Source: Octopus bimaculoides (Eukaryota). From it: a DNA stretch of 64,000 nt. Both the position numbers and the translations under genes were made by a program. The first letter of the stretch is position 1, and each line of letters begins with the position of its first letter. The notes under the pieces were generated by a model that saw nothing but the letters and a program-made list of their open reading frames with translations, was not told the origin of the DNA and ran no database searches. Below, piece after piece: positions 1 to 10,921 of the stretch. The DNA lies in assembly GCF_001194135.2 (NCBI RefSeq), contig NC_068995.1:8016727-8080726 (forward strand), written 5' to 3'.

Positions 1-1379
1 TATAACATCGTACGTATACATTCAGAAATGCCTATAGTTAAGACATTCACTAATGTTACGAAATATTACAATACAAAGTCAACCCAATTACGTGTATGTC
101 TATATATGTGTATAACACGTATGTGTGTGTCTGTGGTATATATGGTGTATGTGTTTTTGTATGTGTGTAGATTTACTAAGCAATTAAATAGCTTTTCTAT
201 TAAGTTAACAAACTACTTTAGATTATATTTACGTTTTTTTAATACGCAATTTTAAATGGTGTTATTGATGTTGAAAATTGTTTATTAAAAGCAGGAAACG
301 TCAATGAAGGAACGGAAGAAACGAGGAAAGAAAGCATAGAACGGGATATAGAAAATGCAACAGAAAATTATATAGAACATATATATATACATATATATAT
401 GTGTGCGTATGTGTGTATAGGTATGAAAGAAATTACTGAACAAAAAAATGAAGGACGATAATGAGAGAGGAAAATTACATCCTTAGAAAAGAACTAAGCA
501 AATTAAATCGTTTTATCTACCGCTTACAGACGCCATTGCATTTTCACGTGAATGGCGTATATATAAGAGAAGCCCCATTACGGTATACTTTCTAGGTTTG
601 GATTACATGGGAATGCCTATTCAGGCGCAGGCGCGTATGTATGTATGTATACATGTATGTTTGTATGAATATGTCTGCTTGAATTTGTGCGTGTTTGTGT
701 GTAAAATTGAAATCCATGAAAAAATATTTTCGAACAGAATAAAAAAGTAAAACTGGAGAAAGAAAATATTTGGAAATAAATGAATAAGTTATTCGTTTCT
801 GTAAAATTAGGATTAAAAGTCCACATTGTTATTGTTATGTTTTTAATTTTTGTCCCCTTTTTTATTTTCTCGGTGTCCCAAAATTGAAAACTAACATCAG
901 CTAATAAAGTAATAATAATAATAAATCAATAATAATTATACTAGTATAACAACAACAAAACACCAACAACAAATATAATATTAATAACCAGAATAATAAT
1001 GATAATAAGGATAACAATAATAATAATAATGATAATAATAACAGGCAACGAAAATGCCTTATGTGTATGCAATTTTCAGTTTTTACGAAGCATAATGTTT
1101 GTATTTTTATAAATATAGTTTTTGTTCCAAAATATTGCTTACCCTTATTTCAAAAAAGAAAAAAGAACTAATTGATAACAGGAAAGTGTTCTTATACGAA
1201 CAAAAGAGAAAAAAAAATCTGTAAACGGATTTCGTTTTTAAATTGTGTATATTTTTTAGTTTGTGTGCTTGGCGTTGGGTATTCATAATTTATTGCGCAT
1301 GACTAAAGTTCTATATAACTTTCTCATTCTTTGTTTCGTCTACAACTTGCATTCATCCCGAACTTATGGGAACTTCAAT

Positions 1380-1422
<43 letters not shown>

Positions 1423-2939
1423 CTGTGAGTGTGTGTGTGTGTGAGCAAGTGAGTGATGAGTATGTGTGTAAATGAACAAGTGTGTGTATTTATTTGTGTG
1501 TCTGTGTACATATATGTATAGGTATATGTATAGACCATAATTTTGTGGAAAGATCTGCCGAAAGTTTTAATAGGGTTACGTTTTTTCACTGCCTATTTTA
1601 TGTTTACAGAGATTTCCTCTTGAAAATCTTGACAGGAAACCTACGAACTTTATTGAAAAATGTAGCCCTGCATCTTTTACTGATTAGAATATTAATTGGA
1701 ACAATGATGTTAATTAGTCCAGTATTTAGTTTAATATAGCTTGTTAACATATCTATTTCGTGTTTGGTTCAGAATTCTTTAATAAATAATGCAAAAATTA
1801 TGAAAATCTACTGGGAACAACCAACACCTTGTAGCAATTTATTTCCATTTTCGTTGACCGTTTAAAATTATCTATTTTTTCTGTCTCATTTTGGTGTTGG
1901 CGGGTTCTGAGCACAAGACTACTTGAAAAAAACTATGTGAAACAATATCTCTGCACGAATTTATATGTAAATATAACAATTGAGCTCAATATGGGTATTG
2001 TGAGATGATACTGTGAGCGATAATTGTCTTCTCAATTTCTGTACCTTGTAGTACTACCGACGACCACTTTCTCGTCGTTTCAATTCTAAGATCAGGTGGA
2101 AGCTTCTCGTGTTTCAGCTATGCACTTCAATTCACATTGTTACAGTTTATTCAGCTGAAATTTAGTATCAGCTGAGTCCTGCTGTAGTTTTCTCTCCTGG
2201 GCGTGCCACTGAGTCAAAGGCTGGGACTGACGACGTAGAGTTTATATTTGCTCACGTCTCTACGATGAAAGAATGCATGGTATATTTTACCAAATCATTA
2301 TTTTCCACGGGTAACACCCGGTTCTCTCTTGTCATTGGATTTTAGTCGTAGAATGGGTCATGTCCTAAAGCCAGCACAGGCGAGTATCGCTGATGAAATT
2401 AACATGATCTAGGCCCAGTAACCTAGATAGACAGATAGATAGATAAAGAGAATGAGAGAAAGGGAGAGAGAGAGGACCCCAGCAATTCCCTCTCTCTCTC
2501 TCTCTCTCCATCAATAAATCGGTTTCTTTGCGCTGTGAGATTGCCAGTAGAATGCCACTCTCAGAGATACTTACTCATAGGAAAAGAAACAAATGCTACG
2601 GGAACCATGAAATGTTCGAAACGAAAACAAAGGAGAACGATATTTCCAAATGTTCTCTACATAATTTTGATCCTATCCTATGACTCATTATGAAACGAGT
2701 GTTGTCATCATTACTGATTCACTCCTAAATCATCCTCTGCTCTTCGGTCTTCGTCATTTTTAAGCATAGTTTAACAGGGAATACATTATCTGATGTGCAT
2801 TTTCAGGCATGTGTTATAAAGCCGCGCGTGATGAAAGGATTGTTTATCTGTTATATGAATCAGATGAATATGGTACTTAAGTTTAGGCACCAGAATGAAG
2901 TATGGTATCATCCATACAGTTTCAAAATAAGGTGATTAA

Positions 2940-3082
2940 AGTCAAAATAGGCAACAAGGATATCCAAAGTTAATGCAATACGATCGTTTCACGCTACTCC
3001 ATTTAATTAAGTGATGTGAGCATTATATCAAATGTAAAACGATCGTACTGCATTAAATTTGGATATCCTTGTTGCTTATTTT

Positions 3083-3086
<4 letters not shown>
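2940..3086. mobile_element. MITE-like element with 53-bp terminal inverted repeats
   Basis: Arms 2940-2992 and 3034-3086 are reverse complements with 4 mismatches and a 41-nt spacer. The right end runs directly into (TA)n. Confidence 0.75.
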
Positions 3087-3123
<37 letters not shown>

Positions 3124-3310
3124 ACATGTGCAACTAGGAGTGAGACACGGTGCTTTTTTTCTATTTATTTTCCTGTCTCCATCCGTTTTCTCCTTTCATT
3201 CCCCTCTGTAAGTTCGAAACGACAAAGACATTTTTCCTGAGCATCAAACTAATACATCTAGATTGTTGTACCCCCACCTGTCTCTGTATTTTGTACAATT
3301 TTGAACCATA

Positions 3311-3375
<65 letters not shown>

Positions 3376-3739
3376 NNNNNNNNNNNNNNNNNNNNNNNNN
3401 NNNNNNNNNNNNNNNNNNNNNNNNNNNNNNNNNNNNNNNNNNNNNNNNNNNNNNNNNNNNNNNNNNNNNNNNNNNNNNNNNNNNNNNNNNNNNNNNNNNN
3501 NNNNNNNNNNNNNNNNNNNNNNNNNNNNNNNNNNNNNNNNNNNNNNNNNNNNNNNNNNNNNNNNNNNNNNNNNNNNNNNNNNNNNNNNNNNNNNNNNNNN
3601 NNNNNNNNNNNNNNNNNNNNNNNNNNNNNNNNNNNNNNNNNNNNNNNNNNNNNNNNNNNNNNNNNNNNNNNNNNNNNNNNNNNNNNNNNNNNNNNNNNNN
3701 NNNNNNNNNNNNNNNNNNNNNNNNNNNNNNNNNNNNNNN

Positions 3740-3785
<46 letters not shown>

Positions 3786-3786
3786 C

Positions 3787-3820
<34 letters not shown>

Positions 3821-4213
3821 GTATGCATGTATTGTACATATACAGGTATAAAGAAGCGACTAGCTATCTGACTAATAATCTAAACATGTACACACATCGA
3901 AACACACAAACAAAATTTAAACAAATCGAACCCATGCAAAGGGCGATACGTTCTTCGAAGCAATTTCTTTTATATTTTGTCATTTAATTAATTTCTACCA
4001 AAGCTACAATTCACAAATAAATGAATAAATAACATATAATATAAAATAAAAAAACCAAAAACAACATAGAATGTTATTTTCCTGAGAAAAAAAAATAAAA
4101 CTGTTGTGTTGAAATAAGAAAATAACTCTGAGAATCTCGTCTTAACGTTGAAAGTTCACGGAAACTATAAAATAAAAGTTGAGTTTCGTTACTTGGCGCA
4201 ATGATTATGAGCA

Positions 4214-4728
4214 GGCGCAGACATGATTGTGTGGCGAGAAGTTTCTTTCCCAACCGTATGTTTCCGGTTTCAGTCTCACCGTGTGACACCATGGGTATGT
4301 ATCTTTTACTATAGCATCGGTCGACCAAAGCATTGTGAATGGACTTGGGAAACGGAAACTGACGGACGCCCGTCGTACACACCCCTCCCCCCCACACCGA
4401 CACTCACACACATATATATAGATATATATACGTCGTGTATGTATATATATATATATGTGTGTGTATGTATGTGTGTGTGTATGTATGTATGTATGTATGT
4501 ATGTGTGTGCTTGTGTGTNNNNNNNNNNNNNNNNNNNNNNNNNNNNNNNNNNNNNNCCACCACCACCGCTTGTCAACCGGGGTTGGTGCATTTACGTCTC
4601 CGTAACTTAGCGATTCGGCTGAAAATGACCGATAGAATAAGTATTGGTGTCGATCCCGTCGACTAAAACTTCTTCAAGGCAGTGCCCCAGCATGACCGCA
4701 GTCTAATGACTGAAACAAATAAAAGATT
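4214..4728 (+). mobile_element. SINE family B (tRNA head, CORE-like segment, internal (AT/GT)n; octopus OR-type)
   Basis: Shares ...GACCAAAGC.TTGTGA.TGGA...GGAAACTGA...GCCCGTCG, an internal microsatellite, and the 3' CCCCAGCATG.CCGCAGTC.AATGACTGAAACAA end with many other copies in the window. Confidence 0.8.
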
Positions 4729-4887
4729 AAGCATATATTAAATACTAATCAGCGCTATCTAATGATATGTAGCTCTCGTATACAGCTAGTTATACCAGAG
4801 AACCAAACATTATGCAACCCGAAATCAGTGACTGGCTATCTACAAAATATGAACTGTGAACACTTCGACCCAAAGATCAACTGTATA

Positions 4888-5098
4888 TACGGGGCTGGGG
4901 GTCAATGAAAATTTCCTGGCTCTAAGGATATCGTAAAAAGCCTGGCTGTTGGCCCAACCTTCCACGTTCTTTTACAAAGTTTAGGAAAACTGAAGAACAG
5001 CTGCAATAAGTGTGTGAATCTGAGAGGAGAATATGTTGAATAAGATCATAATTAACTGATCCTCCTGTATTTTCTTTTGCCTAAAGAACCCTTCATAT
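4888..5098 (+). mobile_element. Mariner-type deletion derivative
   Basis: 4981-5043 encodes LGKLKNSCNKCVNLRGEYVE*, matching the mariner transposase C-terminal motif (W.KCV...G.YVE*). TA dinucleotides and degenerate inverted ends flank it. Confidence 0.6.
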
Positions 5099-5218
5099 AT
5101 TCCCAGCTTACAGTTTTAGAATTATTGATAAGTTATGTATGTAATCTTATATGTCCTTGCGGCAGATTTAATCGATTCTAAAAAAATGTTTCTTTTCTAT
5201 CCTCGTACGTTATTTCGT

Positions 5219-5460
5219 GGAGGCGCAATGGCCCAGTGTTTAGGGCAGCGGACTCGCGGTCATAGGATCACGGTTTCGATTCCCAGACCGGGCGTTGTGA
5301 GTGTTTATTGAGCGAAAACACCTAAAGCTCCACGAGGCTCCGGCAGGGGATGGTGGCGAACCCTGCTGTACTCTTTCACCACAACTTTCTCTCACTCTTT
5401 CTTCCTGTTTCTGTTGTGCCTGTATTCCAAAGGGCTAGCCTTGTCACACTCTGTGTCACG
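5219..5460 (+). mobile_element. SINE family C with tRNA-like head
   Basis: Head GGAGGCGCAATGGCCCAGTGTTTAGGGCAGCGGACTCGCGG...GGTTTCGATTCCC carries A and B boxes. Its 3' part GGGCTAGCCTTGTCACACTCTGTGTCACG is shared with the copy at ~10100-10150. Truncated at 3'. Confidence 0.75.
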
Positions 5461-5482
5461 TACAACATCCAACTAAATAATA

Positions 5483-5935
5483 GGCGCATGGCTAGTTGTG
5501 TAGTAAAAAGTTTGATTCCTGACCACGTTTCCGAATTCCGTCCCACTGCGTGGCATCTCGGACATGTCTTGAACTATAGCCCTCGGCCGACCGAAGCATT
5601 GTGAGTGGATTTGGTTGACGGAAACTGAAAGAAGCCCGTCGTATATACGCATACGTGTGTGTATGGGTATGTGTGTGTCAGTATGTGTATGTTTGTGTCT
5701 ATGTTTCCGCCCTTCCTAACCACAGCTTGACAACCGTTGTTGGTGTGTTTATGTCCTATGTTAACATAGTGGTTCGGCAAAAATGAATAGAATTAGTATC
5801 ATCCTTTAAACAAAAAAAAAAAAAANNNNNNNNNNAAAAAAAAAAAAAAGTACCGGGGTCAATTCTTCCGACTAAGACCCTTTAAGTCTTTACCCCTGGA
5901 TTGCCGCAATCTAGTGACTAACACAAGCGAAAAAA
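5483..5935 (+). mobile_element. SINE family B
   Basis: Diverged head, then CCCACTGCGTGGCA...GGAAACTGAAAGAAGCCCGTCG, internal (GT)n and the family 3' end. Confidence 0.8.
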
Positions 5936-6052
5936 AAAATGATAAATTAATAATCAAAATGAATAGTAAAATAAACAAATAACTATATATATATATATAA
6001 AATGGTTGACAACAGCTCGAGCATACACAACACAACTGGGTTTATTAACTAC

Positions 6053-6133
6053 CTTGTTCTCCTTTGAAACCTGGGAAACCAATTAATCCGCGGTTGCCCT
6101 CTTTACCTTTCTCTCCTTTCTGTCCCGGTTCAC
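6053..6133 (-). CDS. Internal exon of a collagen-domain (Gly-X-Y) gene, probably non-fibrillar
   Basis: Minus strand: long pyrimidine tract, then ...ccactaacttcAG | GT GAA CCG GGA CAG AAA GGA GAG AAA GGT AAA GAG GGC AAC CGC GGA TTA ATT GGT TTC CCA GGT TTC AAA GGA GAA CAA G | GTagtt. This reads (G)EP GQK GEK GKE GNR GLI GFP GFK GEQ G. Length is 81 nt = 9 Gly-X-Y triplets, with codons split at both ends (phase 1-1), typical of non-fibrillar collagen exons. Confidence 0.85.
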
Positions 6134-6580
6134 CTGAAGTTAGTGGATTTGGCCATGCAAGGGCAGAAGAGAAAGAAGAAAGAAAGAAACAGAGTTTTAG
6201 TTAGGGTTAGTAAAATCAGCATGCTTAACAGCTGTAGGAATTGTTAGAAGTATTAGGATTAAAGGAACAAGATTAATGTTAAATGTTGAGAAATGCTTGG
6301 TTAGAAATTGCATCACAGAATCTATGTAAGCCAATATATTATATACATCAATACAATAATTTGAAAATAACAATCAGAATTCTGCGTCAGAAAATGACTA
6401 ATCGTTAAAGAGCCATATTTATTTTGCTTTACTTTTTGTTGAGGAAAGGGTGACTAAATATTATATATTATGTCTTATTAGACGTTTAATAGATATCGCT
6501 TGGAACAGAATCAAACAGCAATATGTTAAGTAGATCTCTCTTTTTATCATTTCATTTTTGATGTACTCAAACAAAAGTGA

Positions 6581-6625
<45 letters not shown>

Positions 6626-6769
6626 CACACACACGCACACACACACGTATACTTCTATATGTATCAATGAATGTGTGTGCATGTGTATATTTGCATGTGT
6701 GTATGCGTGTATGTTTGTAAGTATGTGTGTGTGTGTGTGTGTGTGCTGTGTATTTGAATAAATAACTAT

Positions 6770-7100
6770 GCCAGTCCTCATACGTGAGGGGCAAGGGCCT
6801 AAGACCCAGCTTACACTCCGAGCGGAAAATTTCACGCTCAGTACTCGGGGCCGTCACTTCAGTTTCGTCTATATCACCAATGTACACATTTCCCGTTCTC
6901 CCATTTTCGATAATGTGTATAGAGATGCCGAGCGCTGATAGCGTAGGCAAAATATACTAATGTTCCCCTCTAAATCTTGTCACCAAGTTTCTTCCACACA
7001 CACTTTCTCCAACATTGAATCCGTGTTGCCTTCTTGTCTACAGAACCCGCATTTAGAACGTCGTCTACAGCAATCCCAATTTCCTCTTAATATAGAATCA
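6770..7100 (-). mobile_element. Probable decayed Penelope-like element fragment (Cys knuckle + GIY-YIG endonuclease)
   Basis: Hand translation with one stop and one frameshift: GNWDCCRRRSKCGFC...NISIFCLRYQRSASLY / IIENGRT...EREIFRSECKLGLRP. This aligns with the Penelope pattern CxxxxCxxC...NVIYCIxCxxCxxLYIGETGR...REIF..KL..L.P, recalled from family knowledge rather than from a search. Confidence 0.5.
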
Positions 7101-7189
7101 CCTTGATTAAAATACAAATTGTCCTAAATACTTCCACAGAGTATTTATCAAAGTATCATTAAAATCTGCGAGAGATTTTGGATTGTGTG

Positions 7190-7273
7190 CCACAAGGGAG
7201 ATTACTTTTATCTCTTACAGTGATACACATTTCAAAATCCTTAAAATGTAACCTAAAGTAATCTCCCTTGTGG
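7190..7273. repeat. Perfect 19-bp inverted repeat (hairpin)
   Basis: CCACAAGGGAGATTACTTT (7190-7208) and AAAGTAATCTCCCTTGTGG (7255-7273), with a 46-nt spacer. Confidence 0.9.
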
Positions 7274-7479
7274 ATCACACGCCAAAGCAACACCTCAGTG
7301 TGTTTTGTTTTTTTTTCCCTTCTAAATGTGAATCAGCAACAGATGGGAATGAAGATTACCGTTATTCTCCGCTCAAGAAATACGGCGGTAATCGAACACA
7401 AAACAGCAAAGTAGCATCGAAGAGAAATTGGTCTCCATATGTCTCTGCACATCAATAAATGTTAGTGCTACTACTGCTT

Positions 7480-7565
7480 TCGCAGCAGCAGCATTAGTAG
7501 TTGTTTTTGTTGATGTTGCAGCCGGTTTTGTCGAAGTAGTAGTGGTGGAACTGACAATAATGGTA

Positions 7566-7622
<57 letters not shown>

Positions 7623-7745
7623 ATAGTAGTGGTGGTGGTAGTGGTAGTAGAAGTAGTGGTGGTGGTGGTGGTAGTGATGGTGGTAGTAGTAGTAGTTGCT
7701 CTTGTCGATGTTGTTGCTGTTGTGGTGGTACTGGTAGCTGTTGAA
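7480..7745 (+). repeat. Compound (GTA)n/(GTG)n trinucleotide microsatellite
   Basis: Directly visible; it explains the poly-V and poly-T pseudo-ORFs. Confidence 0.95.
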
Positions 7746-8447
7746 CTGTATTGCCGCTTTATAAGCAACGAGGAAAAAAAAGTATCACAGAAAATGATTG
7801 AGGACCGATGGTTATGCTTGTTCCTTGCTTTTAGCATGTCTTGGAGACAACAATACAGCCGAGTAGTTTCCTATTGTCATGTATCTACATTAGTTATGAA
7901 AGAATTCGCCCGAAGTTACAAAAATCTATTCCAGTATAGAATCCTCTAGATTCCTGCAACAGTAAGCATTACAATTTCATTGTGTGCGTAGTTAGATAAA
8001 GGTGAATTAAGTCGTTTGAGAGATAAATAAGTTGGTTGCTTGAGGGATAAGTAAATGGAAAAGTGAAGAATGGTAAAGAAGGTCAACCTCTATGAGAAGA
8101 ATTCGTCTTGTCTGTTGAAATCGTTAGTTCGTAAAATTAACATTTTAGTTTAGATTCAAAGTTGAATTGAAGTGATATTAACACTGACAGTATGCTCTGC
8201 TTCGGTTAGTAAATATATACAAATTGTTTGTTAGATAAAGTGCAACATACCTCGGTGGCTATATATCATGTTATAATTTTACCACGTATACCTTCTTTCG
8301 AAATCCTACAACTATTTTATTGTGGGTAACTTCCGTGAATTTCAGTCGATTACGATTAAACGCTCATCACCAAAACCGACGGAGTACCAATTAATTTTAC
8401 TTCAATTTATTGAAACCGGATACAATTGCTCCTACGTTGTATATTTA

Positions 8448-9040
8448 TTTTTTTATTGCCCACAAGGGGCTAAACAAAGAGGAGACAAACAAGGACAGAC
8501 AAACAAGGACAGACATCGACCCTAGTACGTAACTGGTGCTTATTTAATCGACCCCGAAGGGATGAAAGGCAAAGTCAACCTAGGCGGAATTTGAACTCAG
8601 AACGTAAAGACAGACGAAATACCGCTAAGCATTCCGCCCGATTCTTATTTCTTTATTGCCCACAAGTGGCTAAACATAGAGGGGACAAACAAGGACAGAC
8701 AAAGGGATTAAGTCGATTACATCGACCTCAGTGCGTAACTGGTGCTTAATTTATCGACCTCAAAAGAATGAAAGGCAAAGTCGACCTCGGTGGAATTATA
8801 ACTCAGAACGTAACGGCAGACGAAATACCGCTAAGCGTTTCGCCCGGCGTGCTAACGTTTCTTATTTCTTTATTGCCCACAAGGGGATAAATATAGAGGG
8901 GACAAACAAGGACAGACAAAGTGCGTAACTGGTACTTAATTTATCGACCCCGAAAGGATGAAAGGCAAAGTCGACTTCGGCGGAATTTGAACTCAGAATG
9001 TAGCGGTAGACGTGCTAACGTTTCTGCCAGCTCGTCGCCT
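8448..9040 (-). mobile_element. Head-to-tail trimer of SINE family A flanked by one 18-bp target-site duplication
   Basis: Three units of tRNA head (B box GAGTTCAAATTCC), core GTCGACTTTGCCTTTCATCC...GTCGAT.AA.TAAGTACCAG and tail ...CCCCTTGTGGGCAATAAAGAAATAAG. Flanks TCCTACGTTGTATATTTA (8430-8447) and TCCTACGTTGTGTATTTA (9041-9058) differ by 1 base. Confidence 0.85.
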
Positions 9041-9527
9041 TCCTACGTTGTGTATTTATCATCAGGCAGGAGGATTAGATGTATAGTTCTTTGTAGGTCA
9101 CTCTGAGGAAGCCACTTCTGAGCAAATGTTTCTACTAGCACTTTCCTGATTCCATACGACGATAGTACAATTCCGTGCTGTAGACTGTGGCAGCTGTTAG
9201 GAATTAGCAAGTATTCAAGACTAGTCTGAATATCTTTCAGATATTCCGAAGGAGATCGGAAATATGGTAGATAATCAGAGTTGATATTAAACACTACAAA
9301 AACCAATGTGAGATATAAAAGGGACCGAGTTAGGAGACCGAAACCATATCTATTGCTTACAGAACAATTTTTTTACTGAAATCACTGAGCTGAGGAGTTT
9401 GAGTTTATTATAGAGCAGATCTGACCAGTGAGACTTGATTGAATGAGATACGACGTGTGGTGGTGTGTTGTGTTCACTGACTACCGACAAAATGTTTCTC
9501 TCCACATATCTTGGTGTAGAAAAGATA

Positions 9528-9589
<62 letters not shown>

Positions 9590-9599
9590 NNNNNNNNNN

Positions 9600-9695
9600 C
9601 AGCAAAAGAAATCGAGAGAATAAGTACTAAGTTTACAAAGAATAAGTCCTGGGGTCGATTTGCTCGACCAAATACGGTGCTCTGGTCAAAATAAC
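9600..9695 (+). mobile_element. SINE family B 3' fragment
   Basis: AGAATAAGTACTAAGTTTACAAAGAATAAGTCCTGGGGTCGATTTGCTCGAC follows (GT)n and a gap. Confidence 0.7.
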
Positions 9696-9989
9696 TTTAA
9701 TTACACAGGACTATACGCGTATTAAATTGAGGTGAACATTGATCATTGTCAAAATCAAACTACGCCCGGGGCCTCAATCCAAAATGAATGATATATCCAT
9801 GTTTTTATAATTTCTCGGGAGCCCTACACCTCGTAAGGTTTCCTTAGAACTTCACCGCAATACAAACACTCACCCAGAACGAACAGCTGGTCATTTGTCG
9901 CGTTCGAAGCCACCATTTTTGCATGGGAAGCGTCAAGTCGATATTATTGACCCCAATATTTGATTTGAATGATACTTTATTAAAAAAGG

Positions 9990-10280
9990 GAGCACTCTGG
10001 ATTATGACGACGAGGACCCTTGCTGATACGATCAACTGAACAGCCTGTTCCTGAAATTAATGTGAATGTGGCTGAGCAATCCACAGACACGTGTTCTCCT
10101 ACCGCAGTTCTCAGGGAGATTCAGAGTGACACAGTGTGACAAAGCTGGCCCTTTCAAATACAGGTGCAAGTGGTCTTTGCCAGCTGAGTGAACAGGAGCA
10201 ACGTGAAATAAAGTGTCTTGCTCAAGGACAACACGTTGGCGGGAATTGAACTCACGACCTCGTAAGTCGATTGTGCTAAC
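9990..10280 (-). mobile_element. SINE family D (tRNA head + CORE-like CTTGAGCAAGACACTTTATTTCACGTTGCTCC + 3' domain)
   Basis: Reverse strand begins GAAGACGCGTGGCTTAGTGGTTAG...GAGTTCAATTCCC (A and B boxes). The 3' domain is shared with 15550-15700. Confidence 0.8.
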
Positions 10281-10294
10281 CACTAAGCCACGCG

Positions 10295-10425
10295 TCTTCC
10301 CCTACTTTATTATATCGATGCTGAAGAGATGAAAGACAAAGTTAACCTCAGCATGATTAGTATTCACAATGTAAAGAGCCGGAAGAAATGCCACTAATGA
10401 TATTGTCCGGCGTGTTAATGATTCT
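10295..10425 (-). mobile_element. Degenerate SINE family A fragment
   Basis: Diverged GATGAAAGACAAAGTTAACCTC core and head remnants. Confidence 0.55.
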
Positions 10426-10877
10426 TTTTTTTTTTTAATCTATTTAATACATACATAAATAACTTTACGCGTCGACGTGCGAATTAAAAGAAGCAGGTAA
10501 AAACGTCTAGAGACAAAAATAATCTGATCTTTAGCAAAAGAAGACACATTTTTAGTCGTATATATCTTTGAGAATTGTTTATATAATTTGTAATAAACTT
10601 GTGACGACTGTCATAAATATCAAATAAAGATCTTATGTTTGGAAAATTTGGAGTGAAAAAAAGACAAGATATAAAGTGCAGAATATATTAAAAAAATATA
10701 TTATTTGATACAGCGAAAACAAAACGGTTTAATGTATGCTTCATTCTGTTTGTACTAAGTATTCCTCATAGAATGAACTAATATGATACAAATGATTACA
10801 TATATAAATAAATAAATGCCTATTGAAATTCTTGTTTAACAGGATGTCGACAACACATTCATAGAAGGATACGTATG

Positions 10878-10921
<44 letters not shown>

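Noticed and set aside
2575-2595. 21-nt minus-strand micro-exon candidate with a GTAAGT donor
   Set aside because: Joining it to the collagen exon puts Ala in a Gly position and gives a non-collagenous peptide; there is no other support.
3175-3208. Minus-strand RGMKGENGWR, three Gly-X-Y-like triplets
   Set aside because: The register breaks, a stop follows and there is no GT donor; a GA-rich coincidence.
5219-5295. tRNA gene-like sequence, also at the other SINE heads
   Set aside because: It continues into a SINE body and lacks a proper cloverleaf; these are tRNA-derived heads, not tRNA genes.
6197-6212. TTAGGGTTAG telomere-like motif (also ~21560 and 54270-54300)
   Set aside because: Only one or two units; not an interstitial telomeric array.
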